Assembly: GCA_958418815.1 (NCBI GenBank)
Contig: CATZGB010000015.1
Coordinates: 113-64,112 of the forward strand
Direction of reading: 5' to 3'
Source: an uncultured Bacteroidales bacterium
GTDB lineage: Bacteria; Bacteroidota; Bacteroidia; Bacteroidales; Muribaculaceae
Length of the DNA: 64,000 nucleotides
Shown here piece by piece: positions 1 through 8,485 of this stretch. The first letter of the stretch is position 1. The number at the start of each line of letters is the position of its first letter. The notes beneath the pieces were generated by a model. The model made no database searches. It was not told where the DNA came from and worked only from the letters and a program-made list of their open reading frames with translations. The position numbers were made by a program, and so were the translations under genes.

Positions 1-21
1 TGGACAATCTCCTAAAACAAC

Positions 22-58
22 AAAATCCAAACATCTGAATATCAGATATTTGGATTTG
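22..58 (-). terminator. Extended hairpin plus T-rich tail downstream of tRNA-Lys
   Basis: Arms aaatccaaa (23-31) and tttggattt (49-57), with inner atctga/tcagat pairing. On the minus strand it is followed by ttgttgtttt. Confidence 0.55.
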
Positions 59-66
59 TTTTCAAG

Positions 67-139
67 TGATCCGCCTGGGGCTCGAACCCAGGACCCCAAC
101 ATTAAAAGTGTTGTGCTCTACCAGCTGAGCTAGCGAATC
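67..139 (-). tRNA. tRNA-Lys, anticodon UUU
   Basis: The reverse complement folds as a cloverleaf. Acceptor GATTCGC/GCGGATC has one G-U. D-arm is GCTCAGCTGGTAGAGC. Anticodon stem CAACA/TGTTG carries loop CTTTTAA. T-arm is CTGGGTTCGAGCCCCAG. Discriminator is A and no CCA is encoded. Confidence 0.9.
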
Positions 140-184
140 TCCTTGGGCTTGGGAGAGATAGTGTTGTTCCTCTCAAAAGCGATG

Positions 185-192
185 CAAAGGTA
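185..192 (-). promoter_or_regulatory. Bacteroidetes-type -7 box (TACCTTTG) for tRNA-Lys
   Basis: Plus-strand caaaggta is TACCTTTG on the minus strand, about 45 nt upstream of the tRNA 5' end. It matches the TAnnTTTG consensus. Confidence 0.5.
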
Positions 193-516
193 GGGATTTA
201 TTTTTAATTGGCCAAATTTTTTTGTGTGTTTTTCGGGGCAGTGAATGAAAATGGGCTCAAAAATGGGCATTGCAACAGTTGATTCTGCCATGTGTCCTTA
301 CTGAGACAGTAATAATGGCTACTGAGCATAGACGCAAAAAGAGAGGCTGCGCCGTAAACTTTAATTACGACACACCCCCGTTCAGTTTTTCCATATCAGC
401 CTGAGTTTAGACTGCAAATGTAACTACGGAATTTTTCCGGCTTTTTGTTGTGCGGCTCATTTTTTTCTGCGCCGCGCGTGATATGCAGACGTGTGTCACA
501 CAGGGGTGGCCTGGCC

Positions 517-1452
517 TTATGCCTGGTCTTGGCTGAGGCTCGTGAGGACTGTCTCTGAAATCCGGGCCATGATGGCGGCGGCCTCTGTTTCGCTTCCCGC
601 GAAGTCGCGTATCATCACGGCAAGACAATAACTCCTGCCGTCAGGCAGGCTGATGTAAGCGACATCATTGAATGCCACCAGCTCGCCATTCTCGTTGCGG
701 TAACCGCTGCCGGTCTTATGGCCGAACACCACATCTTCGCGCCCGACGAATGGCGCGCCAAGCCGGTCCTGGCCCGTCGTCGCGGTGGTCAGCGCCTTCT
801 TGATTGCCTCCTGATGTGGGGTGGAGAGAAGCCTGGTGTTGAAGACCTGGCCGATGAGGAGGGCGGCCGAAAGCGGCGAACTGTGATTGAGGTAGCTCAG
901 TCGATGTTCATTCTTCATCTCCGACTCCGAGTAGCGGATTATGAAAGTGGTGTCGGCGGCTATTGATTTGACGTAAGTGTCGGTCTCGGCCGGAGACACA
1001 ATCCTGTCGAAAAGAATATTGCTCGCGTTGTTGTCGCTTGACACCAGGGCGTAATTGACAAGTTCGCCTGCGGAGATGGTGAAGTCGCTGTCGCCGTAGG
1101 TCTTTAGCATAGGACTCCATGTGGCCCGGTCAAGGTTGGCTGCGCGGATGACGAGCAGGCTGTCGAGCGTCGCTCCTTTGCGTTCGAGGGCATCAGCCAC
1201 GGCCAGGGCCTGGTGGAGCTTGAACACACTCATCATCGGGAATCTTGCCCCATTGTTTATGAGCACGGTGTCGTTGTCGCTTACAAACGCTATGCCGACG
1301 GTGCCTGGAGCCTCGTTGACGATATCCAGCAGTTGCGACTCCAGGGAGGCCCCGGTTTGGCCGGAGAGGCTGGTGCAGACAGTGTCCCTTGAACATCCTG
1401 CAAGTATTGCGACTGTAACCCCGAGAAGGGCCGCGGTGATGGTCTTTTTCAT
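517..1452 (-). CDS. bla: Class A (Bacteroidetes A2-like) beta-lactamase, lipoprotein-type signal
   Basis: All class A motifs are present: SVFK (SxxK), SDN and HKTGSG (KTG), plus an ESEMKNE omega-loop Glu. The N-terminus is MKKTITAALLGVTVAILAGC. Confidence 0.88.
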   Translation of the reverse strand: MKKTITAALLGVTVAILAGCSRDTVCTSLSGQTGASLESQLLDIVNEAPGTVGIAFVSDNDTVLINNGARFPMMSVFKLHQALAVADALERKGATLDSLLVIRAANLDRATWSPMLKTYGDSDFTISAGELVNYALVSSDNNASNILFDRIVSPAETDTYVKSIAADTTFIIRYSESEMKNEHRLSYLNHSSPLSAALLIGQVFNTRLLSTPHQEAIKKALTTATTGQDRLGAPFVGREDVVFGHKTGSGYRNENGELVAFNDVAYISLPDGRSYCLAVMIRDFAGSETEAAAIMARISETVLTSLSQDQA

Positions 1453-1475
1453 GATGTCTGATGCTGATTATGCCG

Positions 1476-1483
1476 CAAAGGTA
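1476..1483 (-). promoter_or_regulatory. -7 box TACCTTTG upstream of the beta-lactamase
   Basis: Plus-strand caaaggta lies about 24 nt upstream of the ATG at 1452. Confidence 0.5.
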
Positions 1484-1754
1484 GCAAAATAAAATGAAAA
1501 AGAGAGGGGGCTTCACAGCTGCCTCTCTCTCCATTCATCACATTATGCTTACAATTAAGTGCTATGTCACTCTTTTAGTTGCTGTTCCGCTGTTCAAGCG
1601 GGGTGCAATCTTGTTATCTCAAATGCTTGCTGTCTCTATTGTCTCGTTATCTATGTCTGCTTGTTTGATATTATAACGTCGATGGATATACGAGGGTTGA
1701 GATGTTTGTGATTAATATCGTTTAATTAACAATCGTTAGCGGGGGCTTGCCTTG

Positions 1755-2330
1755 TCAGAATCGTCCCTCCACTATGGGCCAGTCGATGATGTCCCAGAGC
1801 TTTTCCAGGGCATCCTTGCGGCGGTTCTGGTAGTCGAGGTAATAGGCATGTTCCCATACGTCGAAAGTCAGGATAGGGGTGAGGCCCTGTGTCATCGGGT
1901 TCCCGGCGTTGGACTCCTGGGTGATGAAAAGCTTGCCGTCATTGTCGCGCGACAGCCATACCCAGCCGGAACCGAAGAGCTTGACTCCGGCATCGACAAA
2001 CTCCTTCTTGAAGTTGTCAAACGACCCGAACTGCTTGTCGATGGCCTCGCGGAGTTCCCCTTCAGGCTCGCCCCCGCCGTCGGGAGAGAAGGAGAAGAAG
2101 TAGAAGATATGGTTCCATGCCTGCGACGCGTTGTTGAACAGCGCGCCTTTCGAGTCACGGATGATTTCCTCCAGTGGGAGTTCCTCAAACTCGGTGCCCT
2201 CGATGAGAGCGTTGAGATTGTCGATATAGGTCTTTTCGTGCTTTCCGTAGTGGAAATCCACTGTACGGCGCGAGATTGCAGGCTCCAGAGCGTCGTTGGC
2301 GTAGGGGAGCTGGGGCTGGGTGTATTTCAT
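1755..2330 (-). CDS. sod: Fe/Mn superoxide dismutase
   Basis: Carries LPYANDALEP, DFHYGKH and the DVWEHAYYLDYQNRR signature. Length is 191 aa. Confidence 0.95.
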   Translation of the reverse strand: MKYTQPQLPYANDALEPAISRRTVDFHYGKHEKTYIDNLNALIEGTEFEELPLEEIIRDSKGALFNNASQAWNHIFYFFSFSPDGGGEPEGELREAIDKQFGSFDNFKKEFVDAGVKLFGSGWVWLSRDNDGKLFITQESNAGNPMTQGLTPILTFDVWEHAYYLDYQNRRKDALEKLWDIIDWPIVEGRF

Positions 2331-2410
2331 ATCTGACGATAATTGTTAGGTTAGTAACTGGATTAGTTGGATTCAATGCTACTAATCTAACATCGTCGGG
2401 CGGCAAATGT

Positions 2411-4432
2411 TCAGTCGCGTTTTCTGCGGCGCAGCCTGCGGGCTATCGAGCGGTGTCGGTCAGCCTCATCATTGTCGCCCATCTCCTCGTTGAGCGATGC
2501 CAGGCGGTCATGCAGCGGTGCCGACCCCGGGTTGGCTTCCTCGGCGGCCAGGAGGTAATTGAGCGCCTTGTAGCGCTCTTCGTCTGGATTGTCTGACTGC
2601 GAGGCGATAAGACAGTGGAGCTTGCCGATGGCAAACAGCGCGTCGAAATCCTTGGGATGCTCCTTGAGGATTTCACCGAAACATTCGGCCGCGCTCATAT
2701 GGTCGCCGCCATCCATGGCCGCTTCCCCTTTGAGCCGTAGGGCCTCGGTGAATCCCGGTGAGATTTTCAGCGCCTTGTCGAAATTGGCGATGGCCGCCCC
2801 GTAGTTCTCGTCGGAAAGGCAGTCAAGCCCCATCGAGACATATTCACGTGCAAGTTCCAGAAACCTCATCTCGGCCTCTTTGAGCTTCTCCTCCAGCATT
2901 GATATGCGATCACCCGCTTTGCCCAGACGGTAGAGCTTCTGCTTCACGAGATGGTTCACCGCCGGGTTGCGCAGTTCGTCGCGGGCATAAAGCCCTTCGG
3001 TGAATGAGTCGACCGCTCCGGCGAAGTCACCGGAGTCGAATGCTTTCGCGGCCCGGTGGAAACAGTCGTCGGCCCTGGCCGCCGTCATTGCCGCCGCGAA
3101 AATCGCTGGATTGTTGAAGAATCCGCTGAACGACCGTATGGCCGGATTGACGAAGAAGTCATATGGATTGACCTTGGTCAGGAGGGTCAGACCCTCCAGC
3201 GACTGGCATCTTGACAGGGCCACATAGGCCTGGCCCGCGGCGAAAGCTCCACCCCGCATGTCTATTATGACGCGGGGAAATGTGAGACCCTGGCTCTTGT
3301 GGATGGTCAATGCCCAGGCCAGCCGGAGGGGATACTGCGTGTATGTGCCCAGCACCTCCTCCTCGATTTTCCGGGTCTCCTTGTCATAGCGGTAGCTGAC
3401 ATTCTCCCATACCTCGCGGGTGATTATATGGGTCTGTCCGTTTTCAAGCGCCACCTCGAGGGTGTTGTCAGAGATTGAATGTATCTTCCCGATGGTGCCG
3501 TTGACCCAGTGCTTCTCGGGGGCGTTTCTTACAAACACCACCTGCGCGCCCACTTTCAGCTCAAGCACGAGCGGTACCGGCAGGGAATTCTCCGGGAATT
3601 TGTCCCTGACCTCGCCATGGAATGTGTGGAGCTTTCTGCGGAGCTTTCCGAGCCGTGAAGTGTTTATCGCGTCGACCGTGTCGCGCTTGGGGGCGAGGGT
3701 CATGGTGAACTCTTTCTGCCGCTCGGCGGTCGCCGCTTCCGGGTCGACACGCTCGTTGAGGCGCGATATGTCATCAGCCGATATTGTCCCGAGCCTCATA
3801 CGGTCGAGCATGCCGATGAACATGCTGTCTGACTGGCGGTAGACCTTCCTCAGCTCGATAGGCACGAGGGCAAACTCCCTGAACACGCGTGCCGAGAAGA
3901 AATATAGGTTGGGGTAGAGGTCGCGGAAGATGTCGCGCATGTCTGATGTCACCACCGGCTCAAGTTGGAAGATGTCGCCGACAAGCAGCAGCTGTTTTCC
4001 CCCGAACGGTTCGCGGAAACGTCCGGAATAAAGCCGCAGCACCTTGTCGACGAAGTCTATGATGTCAGCCCTGACCATGGATACCTCGTCGATCACTATC
4101 AGCTCAAGCTCGCGTATCAGCTTCTGTTGCTCTGCGGTGTGCTTCAGGCGTTGTCTCAGGTTGCGTGTCTGCAGCTCGGGGTCATCAGGCAGGAGCGGTT
4201 TGAATGGCAGGTGGAAAAAAGAGTGGAGCGTAACGCCGCCGGCGTTGACTGCGGCGATGCCCGTGGGTGCCAGCACCACAGTGCGTTTACGGGTGTTCTC
4301 AACTATATGACGCAGGAAAGTTGATTTCCCGGTTCCGGCCTTCCCGGTCATGAAGACCGACTGGCGGGTATAGGAAATCAACTTCCAGATATCCTGAAAT
4401 TCAGGATTGTCAAGGTCTATGGTCTGCGACAA
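2411..4432 (-). CDS. Pif1/RecD-family ATP-dependent DNA helicase with C-terminal TPR-like extension
   Basis: Walker A is GKAGTGKST, the DExx-like motif is VIDEVSM, and QLEPV and TIHKSQGLTF are helicase motifs. The last ~200 aa contain TPR-like repeats (YGAAIANFDKALKISPGFTEAL). Confidence 0.85.
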   Translation of the reverse strand: MSQTIDLDNPEFQDIWKLISYTRQSVFMTGKAGTGKSTFLRHIVENTRKRTVVLAPTGIAAVNAGGVTLHSFFHLPFKPLLPDDPELQTRNLRQRLKHTAEQQKLIRELELIVIDEVSMVRADIIDFVDKVLRLYSGRFREPFGGKQLLLVGDIFQLEPVVTSDMRDIFRDLYPNLYFFSARVFREFALVPIELRKVYRQSDSMFIGMLDRMRLGTISADDISRLNERVDPEAATAERQKEFTMTLAPKRDTVDAINTSRLGKLRRKLHTFHGEVRDKFPENSLPVPLVLELKVGAQVVFVRNAPEKHWVNGTIGKIHSISDNTLEVALENGQTHIITREVWENVSYRYDKETRKIEEEVLGTYTQYPLRLAWALTIHKSQGLTFPRVIIDMRGGAFAAGQAYVALSRCQSLEGLTLLTKVNPYDFFVNPAIRSFSGFFNNPAIFAAAMTAARADDCFHRAAKAFDSGDFAGAVDSFTEGLYARDELRNPAVNHLVKQKLYRLGKAGDRISMLEEKLKEAEMRFLELAREYVSMGLDCLSDENYGAAIANFDKALKISPGFTEALRLKGEAAMDGGDHMSAAECFGEILKEHPKDFDALFAIGKLHCLIASQSDNPDEERYKALNYLLAAEEANPGSAPLHDRLASLNEEMGDNDEADRHRSIARRLRRRKRD

Positions 4433-4483
4433 TCTTAGATAATCCTTATGTTTTACATCTTGTAGCGGCCGGGAACCGGCTGA

Positions 4484-6181
4484 TCAGAAACGGTAGCCGA
4501 TGGTGGCCACGATTTGCGAGCTGTTGTCGGTCAGCTTTGCTGTCGGGGCCTGTGTCCAGACCAAGTCATAGTCGACAAAGGGGGTGAACGCATTGAACGT
4601 CGACGTGCGGTGCTTGTTGACATACGCCAGGTCGAAGTAGAATCCGTTGACCTTGTAGCCCAGGCCGCATGTGATGTAGCGCGTCGCGTTGTTGACATTG
4701 TATGACGGGTTCATACCGGCGGTCGAGACCTCCATGCCCGACTTGTTGAGGTCGGTGTTGGCGTTTTCAAGTTCTGTGCCAGAGGCGGTGGAGGTGTGGC
4801 TGTAGCCCGCGCGCAAAGAGAGCTGTGGGGTCAATCTGTACTCGGCACCCACCCTGATGGTGCTTGTGCCTTTATAATACCGGGCGATGTTGTCGTTGTT
4901 GAGCGTCATCGCGTCTCCTCCGCTGTATTTGAGCTTCATATCTCCATAAGCGTCATACTGGTAGTCGACGCTGAGTATCGCGCGTCCGCCGATGACACCG
5001 GCCACACCGGCCATTAGCTTCCATGGAGTGTTGAGGGCGAACTGGTAGTCATCCCAGGGGGTAGACTCCGAACCGCTGAACTTGTAGGAGGGGTTTGCTG
5101 TGGAAAAGTTGAAGGCGGTGACACCGTAGCTCGACGAGTTCAAAGTGTAATAGGTAGGCGTATGCACGGCCACACCGATTCTCAACTCGTTTATCGGCTT
5201 TATGATGGCTCCCACCTTGAAGTTGGCTCCTGTTCCTGAAATCTTCTTGAAAGAATACAGGTCGGAATGGTTGGCTGTGCCGAGTTGATATCCGGCAGGA
5301 TAATTCGGGACCAGCGCGCGATCGATTTGCTCGCTGTAACGGTATTCCTGTGTGTAATCGAGGTCGGTGATACCTACCCCTATGCCCCAGTAGACGAGAT
5401 TCATGATGCTTCCGCCGAGGGAGATGTTGTATTCATCGGCGTGTCCTGTCTCGCGTATCTGGAAGTCAGCCGCGCCGGTCGAGGCGGCCACCTTGTTGCC
5501 CTGGGCGTCGGTGCCGCCGTGCTGCCACAAGCCTCGATACTGGCTGTCCTCATATATCACGTTGCCGTCAGTATATGTCTCGGCATTGATCATGCCTGAG
5601 TTGTAAAAAAGGACGCTCATCCAGTCGGGCGCGTTGTAGTCGTAATTGTTGTAAGGATAGAGATCTTTGCCGTCAGCTCCTACAGCCCACAGCGAAGACG
5701 GGTCGACCCCGTTGGTGATAGCCGCTATGTAGTTTGACAGCGAAGTCTGCATACTGCCGAGCCCACCGGTGTAGGTGCGGTTGAAGCGGTACAGGCGGTT
5801 GTATGTGAATCCCCATGACACACTGTTGTCGCGGTTCTCGCCGAAAAGCATCGTGCCGACATATCCAGCACTGTTGAGGTTGGCGAGGGTGGAGCTCTGG
5901 GAGTTCACGCCGCCGTCCCATTGCGTCTTGTTGGAATTCAGGTCTATGCCGAGGGTGAGGCCGATGTCGCTGCCGCGATACATGCCGATGCCTGCCGGGT
6001 TCTGTCCCACGGCAGAGATGTCAGCCCCGAGGGCGGTGAAGGCCCCGGCCATTGACATGAATCGTGCAGAGCCGCGCAGTTCGGTCTGAGACAGCGCCAT
6101 GGCGTCAACCGGACTTTGGGCGAATGCCGCCGCTGCGGGGGCTAACGCGAGGGCAGATATGATTAGCTTTCTCATTTTCAA
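4484..6181 (-). CDS. Outer-membrane beta-barrel protein (FadL/OmpP1-like, family uncertain)
   Basis: It has a signal peptide (ALAPAAAAFAQ), alternating beta-strand-like composition throughout, and a C-terminal ...TIGYRF aromatic terminus typical of OM barrels. Confidence 0.6.
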   Translation of the reverse strand: MKMRKLIISALALAPAAAAFAQSPVDAMALSQTELRGSARFMSMAGAFTALGADISAVGQNPAGIGMYRGSDIGLTLGIDLNSNKTQWDGGVNSQSSTLANLNSAGYVGTMLFGENRDNSVSWGFTYNRLYRFNRTYTGGLGSMQTSLSNYIAAITNGVDPSSLWAVGADGKDLYPYNNYDYNAPDWMSVLFYNSGMINAETYTDGNVIYEDSQYRGLWQHGGTDAQGNKVAASTGAADFQIRETGHADEYNISLGGSIMNLVYWGIGVGITDLDYTQEYRYSEQIDRALVPNYPAGYQLGTANHSDLYSFKKISGTGANFKVGAIIKPINELRIGVAVHTPTYYTLNSSSYGVTAFNFSTANPSYKFSGSESTPWDDYQFALNTPWKLMAGVAGVIGGRAILSVDYQYDAYGDMKLKYSGGDAMTLNNDNIARYYKGTSTIRVGAEYRLTPQLSLRAGYSHTSTASGTELENANTDLNKSGMEVSTAGMNPSYNVNNATRYITCGLGYKVNGFYFDLAYVNKHRTSTFNAFTPFVDYDLVWTQAPTAKLTDNSSQIVATIGYRF

Positions 6182-6258
6182 TCGATGTTGGTCAAGTTTT
6201 AGGGGTTGTTGGGCTTATGCCGGAAGCCCTTTGGAGAGGGTAGGGAGTGGCGTGGCTG

Positions 6259-7524
6259 TCAGCGGCTGCGGTGTCCGCCTCCTCCTCCCGAACGTCCTCC
6301 GCCGGAATACCCGCCTGAACGGCTGCCTCCGGAGTAGCCGCCCGACGAGCGGTTGGAGTTGTAGCTTCCCGAACGGTTGGAGTTGTAGCTTCCCGAACGG
6401 TTGGAGTTGTAGCTGTTGGATGAGCCGTTTCTGGTCGACTGCGAGGCTCCGAAATTCCCCCGGTTGTAATTGCCGTTGGTGGTGCCTGGCTGTCTGGTGC
6501 TTCCTGAACCGTAACCTGTGGATGGCCTGTAGCCTGACGTGCCGGTGCCAAAATGAGAGTTGCGTCCGGCGCCGTTACCGCCATAATAGCCGCCGTTGGT
6601 TGAGCCTGCCGCAGCCGGCGGACGATACCCTGGACGTGTGGATGTGCCGGCGGAGGAGTGTCCGTAACGGCCCCCTGCTCCATAGTTGTAACTGGGTACG
6701 CGCGGACGGTGGGCCGCCGAAGGTGAGGGGCGGTAGTTGACGCTGCCCCAGTGTCCGGGGTAATATCCCGGATATCCCCATGCCCAGGAGGGGGAGGTCC
6801 ATCCCCATCCCCAGCTCCAGGAGGGATAGTAGTCCCATCCCCACCAGGGGTTGTACCAATAGTAGGGATTGCGCCAAGAGTAATAGGGCCATCCCCACGT
6901 GTTGTAGTAGCTGTAATACCCGTAGGGGTAACCGGGGCCGAAGTTGATGCTCAGGGCTGTCTGGGGACTGGCGTTGTAGCCTGCGTCATAGCCCGAGGAA
7001 TATCCGGCATTGTAAATGTCGGCGTATTGTTCCCCCAGGCTGGGGTCGATTGCCTGTGAGGCGAGCGCCTCTTTCGCCACCTGGGAGTCTCCGAAACGCG
7101 CAAGGTAGTCGGTGGCCGACATGGCCTCGAAGTCCTGGAGCGAAATCGAGTCGGGAGCCGCCGTCTGGAATGCGCCACGGCGGTTGTACTCGTCCACATC
7201 ACGGGTGGAGCCGCCGGAAGGCAGGTATGACCCTGCTGCCTGGAAGTCGCCGACACTGTCCCAGGGGACATATGCCGCCCCGTCGTAATAATACATTCCC
7301 GAAGCCGCCCCGGGCTGTGAGGTGGTGGCGGCCTTCGATGGCTTGGGCGCTACGGTCTTGGGCGCTTCTTTCTTCGCCTTTGACGCGTCGTAATACAGGT
7401 CATCGTCATAATATCCCTGGGCGGACGCCAGCATCACGGTGGCGCATAGCGCCGCCGGAAGAATCAGGGCCTTGGGCTGGAGCGACGAGAGTCTCCGCTC
7501 CAATATGGATTTGAGAGTTTTCAT
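6259..7524 (-). CDS. Secreted low-complexity Tyr/Trp/Gly/Asn/Arg-rich protein
   Basis: The internal start MKTLKS... (7524) is preferred because a signal-peptide-like ILPAALCATVMLASAQ follows. It has a W/Y/P block (WGWPYYSWRNPYYWYNPWWGWDYYPSWSWGWGW) and a GSYNSNRS x3 plus GGYSGG tail. It sits directly upstream of the OM barrel gene. Confidence 0.6.
   Translation of the reverse strand: MKTLKSILERRLSSLQPKALILPAALCATVMLASAQGYYDDDLYYDASKAKKEAPKTVAPKPSKAATTSQPGAASGMYYYDGAAYVPWDSVGDFQAAGSYLPSGGSTRDVDEYNRRGAFQTAAPDSISLQDFEAMSATDYLARFGDSQVAKEALASQAIDPSLGEQYADIYNAGYSSGYDAGYNASPQTALSINFGPGYPYGYYSYYNTWGWPYYSWRNPYYWYNPWWGWDYYPSWSWGWGWTSPSWAWGYPGYYPGHWGSVNYRPSPSAAHRPRVPSYNYGAGGRYGHSSAGTSTRPGYRPPAAAGSTNGGYYGGNGAGRNSHFGTGTSGYRPSTGYGSGSTRQPGTTNGNYNRGNFGASQSTRNGSSNSYNSNRSGSYNSNRSGSYNSNRSSGGYSGGSRSGGYSGGGRSGGGGGHRSR
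6350..6417. repeat. 24-nt tandem repeat (~2.8 copies) inside the low-complexity gene
   Basis: cggttggagttgtagcttcccgaa is repeated head to tail and encodes the SGSYNSNR repeats. Confidence 0.85.
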
Positions 7525-7708
7525 AACACGGGAGTCTGTTTCTTTGTGTTTAGACTCGGAAAAAACCGTTGAGTTTAATCCGTTACAATGCCTATTGTTC
7601 ACAAAGATACGCTTTTCTTGTGAAAGAGGCAAATTTTTGTCCCGAAGCGTTGATGCGAATGCCGGTGTGTGGCGTGTCCGGCCTCATCCTGGCATTGTGA
7701 GTAATCCT

Positions 7709-7751
7709 GAAAACAACAACCCGGAAGGGTCGATTTCTCTCATCTTCCGGG
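7709..7751 (-). terminator. Intrinsic terminator after the HdeD-like gene
   Basis: Stem cccggaag (7720-7727) pairs with cttccggg (7744-7751). On the minus strand it is followed by ttgttgttttc. Confidence 0.6.
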
Positions 7752-7801
7752 TCTGTGTCTTGCATTTTGGCTGGCCTGATGTCAGGGCTGCCGCGTTGGA
7801 T

Positions 7802-8356
7802 TCATTCCCTTGCCCTGGGCTTCATGTCGTATGAGGTCATCGCGATGGTGAATCCCCAGTAGATGAATGCGAGAGCCGACAGGAACGATACCATCATCAT
7901 GTCCTGTGCCCAGCCTGCCTCAAGGAAGAAGAAGCCGATGAGAAGGAGCAGGATACCGTTGATGAGATACATCCACCAGTAGCTGTGGGAGCGTGTCGAC
8001 ACCGAGGCGATGATTGAGGCCACGCCCCAGAAAATGAACACGATGGCGAGGAAATAGGGGAATACGATTTCTGACAATACGATTGAGCGGACAAGCAGGA
8101 AGCCGACAAACATGTCAATCACGCCTCCGCAAATCCACCATCCCCAGCCCCTTGGACGGTTGACCCCTGCGGCCACGCACAGCTGCACGATGCCGGCCAA
8201 AATCAATAGCCATCCGAAAATCTGAGAGGCCACGGCAAATCCGGCTGCGGGCCAGAACCAGTAGGCGAAACCGCCGAGTACGAGGAGTATACCCACGATG
8301 AGGACAATCCACCAGTATTTGGTCTGTCCCCAAAAGTTTAATGATAAGGCTTTCAT
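7802..8356 (-). CDS. HdeD/DUF308-like integral membrane protein
   Basis: About 6 TM segments, with W-rich repeats such as WWIVLIVGILLVLGGFAYWFWP typical of DUF308. Confidence 0.55.
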   Translation of the reverse strand: MKALSLNFWGQTKYWWIVLIVGILLVLGGFAYWFWPAAGFAVASQIFGWLLILAGIVQLCVAAGVNRPRGWGWWICGGVIDMFVGFLLVRSIVLSEIVFPYFLAIVFIFWGVASIIASVSTRSHSYWWMYLINGILLLLIGFFFLEAGWAQDMMMVSFLSALAFIYWGFTIAMTSYDMKPRARE

Positions 8357-8485
8357 AATATTTGGTTTTTGAAACAGTTGTTGGCTTGATTGTTTTGTGA
8401 TATTATAACAATGGTTAATCTGAAATGGTTGGTGGTTTCCGCCGAAATTTGTAATTTTGCATTGTCCTTTCAGTTAAGGATATGC

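Noticed and set aside
1494-1676. 60-aa ORF in the AT-rich spacer between the beta-lactamase and sod
   Set aside because: No homology cues and atypical codon usage. It lies in a promoter/terminator spacer.
8390-8485. Long N-terminal extension of the mutS2 ORF (TTG start at 8390)
   Set aside because: The extension is hydrophobic and non-conserved-looking and runs into the divergent promoter region. A MutS2-like N-terminus appears only from about 8543.
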